From: Okamejei kenojei | Taxonomy: Eukaryota | Assembly (NCBI GenBank): GCA_035221665.1 | Contig: CM069134.1 | Location: 90,892,001 to 90,956,000 of the forward strand | Direction: 5' to 3' | Length of the DNA: 64,000 bases | Shown here: one piece after another, positions 48,201-61,230 of the stretch | Position numbering within the stretch: position 1 is the first letter of the stretch | Layout: each line of letters begins with the position of its first letter | The notes under the pieces: model-generated | The model's database searches: none | What the model saw: the letters and a program-made list of their open reading frames with translations, nothing else | Told to the model about the DNA's origin: nothing | Translations under genes and position numbers: made by a program

Positions 48201-50973
48201 ATTTTGACATCCTTCAAGTAAGACCTTTGTCTCAAGTCCTCATGTCTGGGTATATTTTGATGACTAACAGGCATGGTCTCATGTGCAAACACTTCAGATA
48301 TTGGTATAAAATAATCTTCATCCACACTAGATATTTCAATACGTGTAATGTAATGACTAACTCACTCCTCTTTATTCATGGTACGCAATAGAATCTTAAC
48401 CTCTTCTCCTGTAATGTCCAGCCTTCTCATCAAGCTTTCTGTGCAAAAGGTACCCGAACGTCCGTGATCCAAAAATGCATATGTTTGCAACACTGTATTC
48501 GTCTTGCTACCTGTACTTACCACCTGTACTGGTAAGATAGAGAAGATACAGGCTTCTACTCCAGCCCCAATATGAGCAGTTATCTGAGGTGTGGTGATAG
48601 CATCACTAGTAGCTGGCTTCTCCTTCTGTTCTATTTGCACCGGCTTCTTCTTTACAGTGTGAAGTGCTTCAGGATGATTTTGCTTCCATTTATCACAAGT
48701 TATAGGACTCTCACAGTCTTTAACCACGTGTTCTTTGTTCAAACATCCAAAACAGATTCCCTTCTCCTTTAAGAAATCTACCTTTTCTTTATATTCCTCA
48801 TCTATAATCTTCGACACCACCTTATGGTCTGACCAACTTCATCACAAAACAAACAAAATCCTTTTTGCTTGATAGTAGATCTCCTTTCATTCCACCTGTC
48901 GTTTCCACAGGTATTATAGTGGCAGCAAAGCTGCCTCCCTTAGGTCCTGATCTTCCTTTAGTTTTGATAAAGGTAAAACGTTTGACAGTTGCAATTGGTT
49001 TATGATCTTCAATACTCCCGTGGTGTGGATTTAACATGAACCATACTTCCCTTTCCAAGAAATCCACCAGGTCTGGTAACATGACTACTCGCTTCTTCTT
49101 TTCCATTATTCGGCCTGCTTTATCTCTCCACTTTTCTGTAAGTCATCTGCGCTGTTTTAGAATGATGGCTCTAGCATATTACTACCAAGATCCATCTCCT
49201 CCGTGTGGTTGAGATTTTTCATCGAGCTACAACAACCTCCAAGAAATATCGCAAACTCACTTAATGCCTCCACATCTTCTGGCTTGGTATCTTTCCAAGC
49301 ATAGGCCTTCTCCGTGTATGTGTTAGAAATCCTCTGTTCATTACCATAATGTTCTTTAAGTAACCTTCTTGCCTCTTGATAGCCTTGGCTGTCAGGCCTA
49401 TTTCGACAACTTTCTATGTTACCTTAGCACCGTGTTGCGTAACGCTTTTAACTGTAGAGTGCATAAGTTGCGGTACAATTTCAGATAATCATGTCTTGGC
49501 ATCTTCCATAGAATCATCAAATAACTTCACCTTTTCTTTGAACCACTGGATATATATTTTGCGTTCTTCCTGAGGCGGCTGTGAACCCAGCAGTGCTTTA
49601 TGCTCATCTCCAACTTCTTTACCAAACCTGAATAGTTGGCCCAGATTAGATTGCACTTTGTACATATTTTCATCTGATTCCATTAGTTCCTTCTGGACAT
49701 CAAATAACTTTAGTGCTTTCCCTCATAATCGTTTCTCTCCTTTTGGGTTTCTTTCAGAAATGCATCTCGGGCCTTTTTGGCGATTTAACTTGTCTCTTCC
49801 CATATCTTTGCCTCTCCGCCACCTTGTGGCTCCTCTGACTCACCTGCTCCATCTTGCTCCATGGATTTAAACAGGTCTTGGCTGATTGCCAAATCTGTTA
49901 ATTGTCAAACAGGGGCTCTTTAGCTTGCTTCAATCACCGTTGATAAATATTAAGCTGAATGTTCTGTAAACATCAGATAAGAAACTAAAACAAACTGGAC
50001 TTTCAGACAACATCCAAAATATTTTTGAAGTATAGAAGTGACTTCAGTTCAGAAAGAATGTGTCTTACCTCAACTTCAAAACAAACTAACGCACCTGGAT
50101 CTTCCGTTCCTTCTTTTGCGTCTTGGCAGCCTTCCAAAACTTAGCAGAATTAGTTTCTAATGCCTTTTACAGACTCTTCAGAAGCTGTTCAAAGTTAAAG
50201 CTTTCCAGCTTTCAAATTCAGCATAGTATAATAGTTCTACTCACGATTATGTGGTGAAGTCTTCCTTCCTTAGATAAGTCACAATAAATCTCGAAGTCAA
50301 TCACTGGCTGAGATCTAATTTCTTCAGTCCTCTTCCTAGGAACTGGTCTTCAGTTCCTCTTCTGCAACAAATTCTTCTGGCCTAATCTCTCTCCAGAGAT
50401 CCAGCCCAACCTTCTGCTCCTCTTCTTTGGGACTAATTCTGCCACCTCCTGTCTGTAAGGTAGCTTTCGACTCGTATATAGTGCTTGATTATTATATCGT
50501 TCAAGGAATTTCTCCCTCTAGCCACTATGAGAAGACATGGGGGGAAGGAGATAGCGTCGTTTACGCATGGGAGCTCTCCATGAGTCATTCAAAGCCGTCG
50601 AAAGATAAATCTTCAAAAACAGTCTGTTGATTAATAGTTTCTTTATAGTCAAAGTAAAACAGCAAGATATTCATCCAAACTTCTTCTTAAGTACATTTCA
50701 ATCTTACTCATAGTCAAACTCCAGCATGTGGCTCTGACATGTTAAAAAGCTCCGAACATGTTAGAAAGCTCCGACTATGGTCGAAAGTTATGGCATCCCA
50801 TCTTGCTTCTTCTGAACTAAACTAAAAGACTACAAGCTTCTGCGCAAGAATCCCAGCAGCAAACACGCCTCCGACAACATAATAAATCCCACCCACACAA
50901 TTGCAGGCAGACAAAATTTAAAGGCAAATGCCATAATTTATAAAGCACTAAATTAAGCCAAATGGCTACTACA
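45277..50973 (-). mobile_element. BEL/Pao LTR retrotransposon, decayed
   Basis: 497-bp LTRs at 45277-45773 and 50477-50973; TSD tgttg/tgctg. Gag zinc knuckle CFGCLNKEHVVKDC, protease [29 protein letters not shown], RNase H YDPLGF/FSDAS/RMELTAA. Confidence 0.93.
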
Positions 50974-52069
50974 TGCTGCCTGTCCCGCTGAGTTACTCCT
51001 TTATTTTATGTACATCTTCAGTTTTAAACCAGTATTTGCTGTTACTTCCTGCACATTTTGCCTGCAATCTGGAAGGATCCGAAAGGATGTATCATTTAAA
51101 ATGCAAGTGTTTTTTTTTAATTTTAAGTTTTGTTTAACTTATATATTAAAAACATATAGACGCCAGAATCTAAGAATTGTGGGCATTCGGGAAGGCAGAG
51201 GGGGGAACCGTGACCCCCGTGAATTTGCCGCAGATCTATTGAAAAAAGTTTTAAATTTGGATCAAGCACCTTTACTTGCTCGGGCACACAGAGCATTGAG
51301 ACGCCGTCCAAGGACAGACGCCCCCCCAAGACAACTGATAGTGAAGGTGCAATATGATCATGTTTTGGATGATATGATGAAGAAAATCACTCGCAGCAGA
51401 AATCTCGTATTTGAAGGAGATAAGATCAGTATATTTTGAGATTATCCTGTGGAGGTTGTCAAGAAAAGAATACTGTTTACAGAAACAAGAAGAATACTTA
51501 AGATAATAAAAAACCTGAGATATGGACTGATGTACCCCGCAACACTGAGAATCACCTATGACAAGAAGGAAAATGTCTTCATCAAACACCCTTGAATCTG
51601 CCCAGAACATCTAGAACATTGAGAACATCGAGAGCGAGGGTGAGACTGAGGATTGAATAACCCTCAACATACACCTGACGATACCGGATATTGTTACCCC
51701 ACAGAGAAGAAATGGTAAATTCTTACCATTGTAAATGTTAAATACTTTTAATTTACTTCTACAGTCCTTAAGTATAGCAATTTAAAGACCATTTACTTTG
51801 GTAACTGTTAAATACTTTAAATTGCTATACTTAAGGACTGTCTAGAATTTAGAATGAGAATTGAGTAGTTATCTTGCTATTGATATATGATATTTATATT
51901 TTAGTACTAATAATTACTAATAATCATGATTACTAATTATTATTAATCACTGTTAACTGGATCAACTTAGAATTAGCTAAAAGGATGAATTATATGTAAG
52001 GTGTGATTCAGGCAATTTATTAATAAAAATGTAGGAGGTTTTTTCTTTGATACTTTTGACTAAATGGGC

Positions 52070-52715
52070 CACAGGGGAGGTGGCAGCCCAACTGGCAGTC
52101 TGTTTGTCTTTCCATTCTTTTGCTATTTTTAGTTTGTTAGAAGTTTGTTTTAATGTTTTTTGGTGTGTTTTTTTTGTGGGGGAGAGGGGGTCGGGGAAAA
52201 CTTTTTTATCAAGTCCTTACCTTCCCGGAGATGTGATCATTTTTCGGATCACATTCTCCGGGCTCTGTGGCCTACCATCGCTGGAGCAGGAAGCCTCCAC
52301 GGACTGTCGTGAGCCCCACCACGGGGCGTGGACTTAACATCGGAGCGGATCCCTTGCCTGGGATCGCTCCCACCATGACCACTGCGGACTTTATCAGCAA
52401 GGGCTCGCAGTCTCGGGGCGAGGCTAGTCGGGAGCTCTAACGCCGCGGAAGGCTCGACCTGCCCCGACGCGAGGTTCGTTCACCCGGCGTAGGTGAGCTG
52501 ACAACCCCCTGATGCGGGAATGGAGCGCATCGATGCGGAGGGCCCGAACACCGGCTCCGTGAGCCAAAATCGTCCCGACAATGGGAGCTCGAGGCCCACG
52601 ACCACGGAAGAGCATGGGGAAGGACTTGGACTATATTCTGCCTTCCACCACAGTGAGGAGTGTGTAGGAGTCACTGTGGTGGATGTTCAATGTTAAAAGA
52701 TGTTTTGCTTGTTTT
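52070..52715 (+). mobile_element. GC-rich non-autonomous element related to 19607-20597, inserted in the L1 inter-ORF spacer
   Basis: Shared blocks gcagtcYgtYtgt at the 5' end and gccttccaYcRcagtgagga..tcactgtggtggatgtt; absent from the second L1. Confidence 0.7.
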
Positions 52716-52717
52716 GT

Positions 52718-52920
52718 CTCCAAGGATGGCTGCTGGAAGGGAGAGTGAGCGCTAGCGCGTTTAGCTGCCGCTGCTCTCTCTTTGAATTGTGTCTTGTCCC
52801 TACTATTTTTGTTTTGTATTTTGTTTTATTCTGCTTATATGTTTTGCAATCTGCTTATTAAATTTTGTAAGGCGTCCTTGAGAGTCTTTGAAAGGTGCCC
52901 ATAAATATAATGTATAAATA
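52718..52920 (+). mobile_element. Short element with an L2-like tail
   Basis: Head ctccaaggatggctgc; tail gtaaggcgtccttgag..gaaaggtgcccataaata. Confidence 0.45.
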
Positions 52921-55900
52921 AATATATAATCTTTGACTAATATTTTTGCTATACGACTATTATTTCACTTTGAGACTAATAATTATTCTATTAATGGAAT
53001 ATAACTATTGTTTCCCCTCCCCCATATATTGTTTTTATTGAAATTGAAACTTTTCTTTTACGGAAAGTACGGAGCTAGTAATACGTTTTTTTTAACCGAA
53101 AGCTACGGAAGTCTTTAGACGTCTAGCCACATTAGGGTGGCTATCACTAACTGCACCAACTATAGATGTAGTTTATTTCTTTCTTTTACACTTTATTAAT
53201 ATAATACTTTTTTACTTTTTCTATTTTATATTATATTATAACTTTTATTTTGAATGGAATTCTAAGTTTTATTTAAGGAGATATGTCCAAGAGGAAAATC
53301 TACGAAATCTAAAATTCATCTACCTGATGTTCTGGTGTAAGGTAGGGTTTAATGTGCTGAACCATTTGCTCTATCATAGACCACCTTAATCATACAATGC
53401 AAGACGTAAATATGAAAATTGGGGGTGAAGGAATTACATTCTGTAGTTGGAATGTTAAGGGAATTAATTAACCCATCAAGAGAGATAGTATTAGCTCATT
53501 TAAAATCACTCAAAACAGATATAATATTCCTCCAGGAAACACATCTTATAAAGGAAGCGCAACACAGATTGAAAGCAAAATGGATTGCTAAAACGTATCA
53601 CTCTTCATTCTGACATAAATCTAGAGGGGTTACAATATTAATCCGTAAAGGTATAGCTTTTAAACATATATATCAACTATAAAAGATATTGACGGCAGAT
53701 ATATTGTATTGGTAGGCGAGTTATAGTAAAAAAAAGTGACTCTTCTTAATGTGTATGGACCGCATTTTGATAGCACATTGTTTTTTAAGAGAATATTCAA
53801 TACTATCCCAGAATGCACACAATATAACTTAATAATTGGCGGAGACTTAAATTGTACACTAGATTCTTATTTAGACAGATCATCAACACAAAGAAAATTA
53901 AAATCTCAGTCAAGTGAATTTCTAAACTCATATATTAATACTACCAACATCAAGGATGTCTGGAGAATTGAAAACCCATCCGGATGAGAATATTCATTTT
54001 ATTCACCGGTGCATAAAACTTATTCAAGGATATACTATTTCTTAGTAGATTCTAAACTTATTCCATTCACCTACAACTCGCAATATCATATTATAATCTC
54101 GGACCATGGTCCACTAACATTTATGATTAAACCAAATGGAATGGCTGAGAAACAGACACAATGGAGACTTAACCCTCAAATCTTAAATGAAAAGATATGT
54201 CATGAATACCTTGTAAAACAGATTAATATGTTTTTCGAGGCTAATGACCATCCTGGAACTTCTGCTTCCCTTCTTTGGGAAACATTTAAAGCATTTGTAC
54301 AAGGAGCATTACTCTCCTCCCAGGCATTTCTTAATAAAAAAAATAGGGCTAAACAACAGACATTGGAAATGGAAATAAAGCAATTAGACATAGAAAACGC
54401 AGAAGCACCTTCTATGGCAAAAACACAATAAAATTGCAGCACTGAAATACAAGTTAAATAAAATATACTCAGACCAAGTTATAAAACTTTATCAACATAC
54501 AAAACAATTACATTTTGAATTTGGTGATAAACCACAAAACTATTAGCACATCAGCTTTGTAAACTGGACGGGGAAAAAACAATTTATAAAATTAGATCAG
54601 ACAAGGGAGAAATATTAACACTACCCAAAGATATTAATGACAGATTTTCACAATACTATCAAAAACTTCACTCAACTAAAGTGACAGAACAATCAACAGG
54701 AATGGAAGCATTTTTACAGAAATGTAATCTTACGGGTTTAGATCTGAAAGAGCGAGAATTACTGGTGCTGAAAGAACGATAAAAGATATCGAAGAGTCAA
54801 TTAGATCTTTAAAAAACGGAAAGGCCGCAGGCCCTGATGGCCTAAGCTCTGAATTTTATTTAAAAAATTATGATCTGATTTCCCCACGTTTACAGATATT
54901 GTATAAACACGTTTATACTCAACAGAAACGCCCAGAAACTTTAAACGAATCTACAATAATACTTATACCAAAAAATGATAAGGATCTTGAAGACCCAGGT
55001 TCATCTAGAGCAATAGATCTCTTAAATACTGATCAGAAAATATTTACTCAAATCCTATCTCATAGATTGAGTTTAGTGATTAACAAATTAATACACTGCG
55101 ACAAAACAGGTTTTATTCCAAAACGTTACTCATTTTACAATTTGAAATGACTGTTTAATATTATATATTCAAATAGAATTGCTAATGCAGACCTAGCAAT
55201 TATCTCGCTAGATGCTGAAAAAGCATTTGATCAGGTAGTATGGTCATATTTATTTTCTGTGATGGAAAAATTTCAATTGGGAGAGAAGTACTGTACATAG
55301 GTTAAACTTACATTCTAACCCAACAGCTAGAATATTAACAAACCAAATGTTATCTACTAACTTTAATCTTTCTAGAGGTTGTAGACAAGGATGCTCGCTA
55401 TCCCCATTATTATTCGCTCTTGCAATTGAACCATTAGCAGGAAGTGTTAGAACGCATCCAGAAATACACGGGTATAATACTAAAAACATAATGAATAAAA
55501 TCTCCTTATATGCAGATGATGTATTAATAATTACAAAGCCAGAAACTAGTATTCCAAACTTATTAAATCTAATAACTCAATTTGGTCTGTTTTCAGGATA
55601 TAGAATTAATTGGAATAAAAGCAAAATCATGCCAACAATGGAACTCAATTTACATACACTACAACATTCCACTTTTAAAATAGTTAAGGAAAAACTTAAA
55701 TATTTAGGAATTTATGTAACTAAGACTTATTTATTCAAATCAAACTTCCCACCTTTACTGAATAAACTAAATAAGAATATTCAGTATAGGAAAACACTCA
55801 ATGTTTCAATGTTTGGTAGAATTAATGCTATAAAAATGATCTTTTTGCCGCAATTACTGCACCTATTTCAGTCAATTCCAATATATATCCCCAACATTTT

Positions 55901-57417
55901 TTTTTAAGTCGACTCCATTGTTCCAAGCTTCATTTGGGATTATAAGAATCATAGAATAAGCAAAAAACATTTATGTAAACCAAAGACTAATGGAGGTTTA
56001 GCTTTCCAAATTATTTGTTGTATTTTTGGGCAGTCCATATTAAAAACATGAATTTAGACTGGAAGAAATGGATCAGCAACCACTGGTCAAGGATGGAAAA
56101 GGAAGATTGTTTGCCTTTTGAAATTGGTTTGATTACGTTTGCACCCACAAAATTGCACAAAAAAACCTATAGGGGAAAACCCTATAATACATAGTGGTAT
56201 ACAAATCTGGAAACAATTAAAAAAGGCTTGAAAATTGGATAATATAGCACTCTGTTTTCCCATTGTAAACAATTCCTTATTTAAACCTTCCATATTGGAT
56301 AAAGGTTTCACACAATGGAAAAATTATGGAATTAAAAAGGTGGGACATCTTTATAAGAAAAGATTTTTTCTTTCCTTTCAGGTGTTACAACAGATTTATG
56401 GACTACACTCAAATAACTTTTTAAAATATCTACAATTTAGAGATTATGTTAAATCTAACAGACAAGATTATAGGAGTAGGGAACCAGAAATCCTTGATGA
56501 ATGTTTGAATAAACATCCTAATACAGAAAAATGAACATATTTATAATACCCTCTTTGATAGCGAGGTCCCATCGATGGAATCATATACAGTAGATATACA
56601 TGGGAAAATGAATTAGGCCAACCTATAACAAAAGATATTTGGGGCAAAAGTCTACAATATACACATCAATGTTCGTTAAATGCCAGACATGCTTTAATAC
56701 AATTTAAAGTATTACACAGATTAATCTAAAGTAAACTAAATAGAATTTCCTCACATATCTTGCCTGTCTGCGGTAAATGTCAGCATCTGGAGGCTAACTT
56801 AACACATACTTTTGCAAATTGTATAAAAATCAAAAATTTCTGGATTGATATTTTTAGAATAATTTCTGAAGTTGTTAATACTAAATTGGATCCCGACGCA
56901 AAACTGATAATGCTTGGAATATCAGAACAAAGTCTAACACTCACAACTAGCCAAATAAACTCTCTAGGCTACAGTATAACAACTGGGAAGAAATTAATAT
57001 TAAAATTTTGGAAAGGCTCTATAACCCCCACAATTAAAATGTGGATTATGGAAATGTCGGAGACCCTACACCTGGAAAGAATCAGATTTGCCTTAATGGA
57101 CAAACCAGAACTTTTTGTTAGAATATGGTCTTCATTCATCGATTATTTGAAGGGGTAGATTGGTTTGGCATGGGAACCTAACTGAAACTTGAACTCAGGA
57201 TTAGATGAAAAGTTATATTTTATAATCTTCGAACCTATCTCCAATGATGTATTATTAGTAAATCATTACATTCTTTTTTTTTTCATCTTGACATTTGTGT
57301 TTTTTTTTTTTCTTTCTTACTTTCTATCTATAAAAAAAAATGAGAAGCAGAATGAATCCACAATTGATAATATTAATAATGTATAACTGATACATATGAA
57401 ATGTTTTTACCATAATA

Positions 57418-57566
57418 NNNNNNNNNNNNNNNNNNNNNNNNNNNNNNNNNNNNNNNNNNNNNNNNNNNNNNNNNNNNNNNNNNNNNNNNNNNNNNNNNNN
57501 NNNNNNNNNNNNNNNNNNNNNNNNNNNNNNNNNNNNNNNNNNNNNNNNNNNNNNNNNNNNNNNNNN
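57418..57566. other. Assembly gap (149 N)
   Basis: Run of N. Confidence 1.
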
Positions 57567-57825
57567 CTAATGATCAATTTTGTAATTACGTAAATATCCC
57601 TAGAATGTTTCTCAAGTTCCAATCATCTGAGATTTGGATGCATAGAAAAAGCCTGTGATATCATGAGCGCTCATGATATCATGTCTTCAGGCTGGTTTAG
57701 GGGCAGGGTCTTATTCTGATCTGCGCAGGCTCTAATGGCCATTTGTAGACTGCTCTGCTTCAGCAAATGGCTGTAGCAAAGAGGACAGACCGGTGCTGGA
57801 AGTAAGTCAAACACAGAAGTACAAA

Positions 57826-58030
57826 CAAGGAACTGCAGTTGCTAGTTTATTTTTAAAAATGAGCCAAAGTGCTGGAGTAATTTAGCAGGTCAGGCAGCAT
57901 CTCTGGACAACATGGATAGGTGACATTTCAGGTTGGAGCACTTCTATGGACTGAAGACGGGTCAGGACCAGAAACATCAACTATTCATGTTCTCCAGAGA
58001 TACTGCCTGACTCGCTGACTTTATTTCTTT
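57826..58030. mobile_element. Old palindromic Penelope-terminal-derived element
   Basis: Inverted arms around ctgaagacgggtcaggaccagaaac. Confidence 0.7.
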
Positions 58031-60723
58031 GTTCTCAGAAATAATGGGCTGAGTTGAACACTATGTGGACCAATAGCAGAGAGACTAAATCTCTCGTCCA
58101 AGAGGATGACTATGGGGAGCGCTGTAAAACAAGAGGAAAGAGAAGGAAAAACACAGTAAATTTGGATGTTAGGGGATAGCAAGCGATATGGGGAATAGTC
58201 CAGGAAAGTGATACTTAAGGGAAATTATCTTATTGAATGATGAAATATAAGAAACAGAAGCAGGAGAAGGCCCTCATAACTTGGTGCTGGCTCGAAGGGC
58301 CGAATGGCCTCCTCCTGCACCTATTTTCTATGATACAGCCAAGGCCCTCACAAGGCCCTCATTCAATGAGATCAATTCCCTTCAGGGAATCTCTGCTGGA
58401 ATATAGTTGTCACACTCCTGCTGGCTTCCACCATCCAAAGTCTCTGTTAGAGGACAGTGTATAGTTTGTTTGTATCAACCCAAAGAAAAGGTCTTACTTA
58501 AAATCCCAACTTTCGTAAACTTGCACTTGCATAAACAATTCGGTACTCAGCCGCTAGTGCAACCAAGGTTGTTTGTAATTTCCACAAAACATCACTCAAA
58601 ACTACATCAGAAACAAGCCAGCAATGGCGCTGGTGTTTAACCAGAAGTCTGCACACAGCAAAATGTGCCCCAACAACTAGACAGAATTCAAGTCGGTCAT
58701 GGCAGCGGTGCTTACCCAGAGGGCCACGCAGCACAGAAAGTGCCCTGGACACTGCCGGACATCGCTGAGTCAGTTAATACTCTCCGATTCCGTTTGGGAA
58801 GGGAATGGGGTATGTAAAAATCTGACTTGCATGAGGATTTATGGAACCCTTAAGTAAGTCGGGGAGTGCCTGTATTTATTTATGCTATTCCAATCATCAA
58901 ATGGGCAGTTGATATTTGGTGCCTTGCATCACACATCAAGAAGGAGTTTGGTGGATTAACTGGCCATCTTAAACGGTTGCAGCATATGAATGAGTGGTTG
59001 ATTCTGAGAGAGTTGATGAGAATGTGGGACAAATTAATTTAGGTCAGTGTAAATGGGTATTTGGTTGCTGATGCAAACTTGGCAGGCAGGAGGACCCGTT
59101 TCTCAGCGAGGCAGACCAAATCTCTGTGGTGAAAGGATGGGTGACGTTTCAGGTTGGAACCCTTATTCGGATTGAAAGTAGAGGGAGGGGGGGGACGAGA
59201 CAGGCCAGAACAAATCAGGATCAGCAACAGACAACCAAGGCTGTGGGCCACTTGGTTGTAATCATGTATACTCTTTCTGCCGACTGGACAGCACACAACA
59301 AAATGTTTCTCACTGTACCTCGGTACACATGACAATAACCTGAACTAAACTAACAATACAGCAGCTGATCAATTACTTAAAAATCTAGCCAAAGCTTACA
59401 GGTAGTGTATTTCACTTCCTTGCATGTTGTGTGCCATTTTCATGACATTATAAATATTGTAATGCCACACAGACTCATAGTTGTTTGGTATCCAGTTGAT
59501 CACCTGTTTCCCAACATCATTTTAATAAACAGCAGGTAGGAAACTGCTCCAGAATGCCTCAGCTTTCAAACTACTCTCAGTTTGAACAGTTATTTGACTT
59601 CTGCTCTCGAAAAGTAAGGAATAGGTGTAAAATTAGGCCATTCGGCCCATCGTCTACTCTGCCATTCAATCATGGCTGATCTATCTCACCCTCCTAACCC
59701 CATTCTCCTCCCCCCCCCCCCCCCATAACCTCTGACACCACACTAATTAGCCTGTAGCATTCAAACGGCTGGATAGAGCTCACATCTTGCACGACCATGA
59801 GTTTGATTGGAAATAATCCAATTCAGCCTCTGGTATCTTGATGTATATAATACAAAATTTGCTAAGCTTTCTGCACCTTAGAGTTATTCTTACCCAGATT
59901 ATTCACATAATATTCCATTAACTAACATATATGGAAGAATAATTTAAATTGAACAATAAGCAAATTTCAAATGTTATCATATCAAAATATCTACAAATAA
60001 TTGTTTTAAAACTTCAATTGCATGTGGAATAGTTATTTCTCAAAAGGCAATGCAAAATATCTTATTCTGACATTATTGCAGACAAAGCATCAAACATAGC
60101 ATGTGCCATCTTTACTAACTAAATCCTTTGCAAAAACTGATTTTATCTGCATGAAATCCTACCTAAAAGATGTAATTTTGCTTTAATAAAAAGTGCAACT
60201 ATATTTCATTTATCCCTAGTTATCATGGTGATAGGCAGACATTTCAAGAGGTGTCTCATGAATATATACAGCAGAACAGGTAACAGGGGAAATCATTAAA
60301 CTAATTATTCTTTGGTTTTCAGTGATGCGTGATCAGTAAATCAAAGAATGTTCTTACCAGCCTCTGATGTTTTCCGGTTACTGATTTCTTTTTAATTTTC
60401 TGCTTGTTGCTCTTCTATTCTCTCCCCTTTGTTCACTCTTCTGTACACTTTTCAACCTTTTTCTTCCAGCATGAATATATTGGAAGCCATGTCAGTGGTG
60501 AGGCAGGAAATTGGCTACAAGGAGACTCAGGTTGCCATTGGCAAACAGGCTTTCCCAAGCAATATACAGCCCACAGTGATAATTTTCACGTTCCCTCACC
60601 TTCCATTATGTTATTTTGTTCCACAACTCCAACCACTGACCCCATCTCTTTAAAATATTCGCTCAACCCTCTGCAATAGCAGCTTAGCATCAATACTTAC
60701 TTCATCCTCAATTCGTCATTCAC

Positions 60724-60815
60724 TTGAAGATAGACACAAAATGCTGGAGTAACTCCACGGGACAGGCAGCATCTCTGGAGAGAAGGAATGGGTGATGTTT
60801 CGGGTTGAGACGAGA
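60724..60815 (-). mobile_element. Solo Penelope-terminal-derived element
   Basis: TSD cgtcattcac (60714-60723, 60816-60825). Confidence 0.8.
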
Positions 60816-61230
60816 CGTCATTCACCTTACTGTCTTCCAACTGCACTCCACGCTATGTGGGGAAGAGGCCTTGGATTCTCGTCCTTCCTCACCCGCTTTC
60901 GCCTCCACACCTTTCCATTCTCCTCCTTTCCCTCATCCATTATTATCCTCAACCACGTCTCTTAGCCCAAATCAAATCTCAATGGGAAACTGCTTACTTA
61001 GCTAATTCTCTGGTGCATCTTGCAAGTGTGTGTGATTGGCATTGATAGTTTCAACAGGTGGGGAAGATCAATTGACATAAAAATACAATTGGCACTTTTG
61101 TAAGCAGTCATATTAAATGATAAATACATCAATATTCCCAAATTCCCTTTTTTTGCCTTACACTTCCACTTTGGCCATTTCCTCCCCCTCTTCATCACTA
61201 TTTATTACTCTCTCAGTTTACTACAATTCA

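Larger units (their letters stand above)
51155..57417 (+). mobile_element. L1 LINE, 5'-truncated in ORF1, with degenerate ORF2 (about 53397-57158)
   Basis: ORF1 RRQNLRIVGI; endonuclease IFLQETH, GGDLN, SDH; [30 protein letters not shown]; C-terminal CGKC..H..C. The 3' end runs into the gap. Confidence 0.93.

Noticed and set aside
58498-58790. Possible minus-strand exon of a neighbouring gene (gtaagc donor-like site near 58715)
   Set aside because: I could not match any frame to a recognisable protein, including the expected neighbour SLC66A2/PQLC1.
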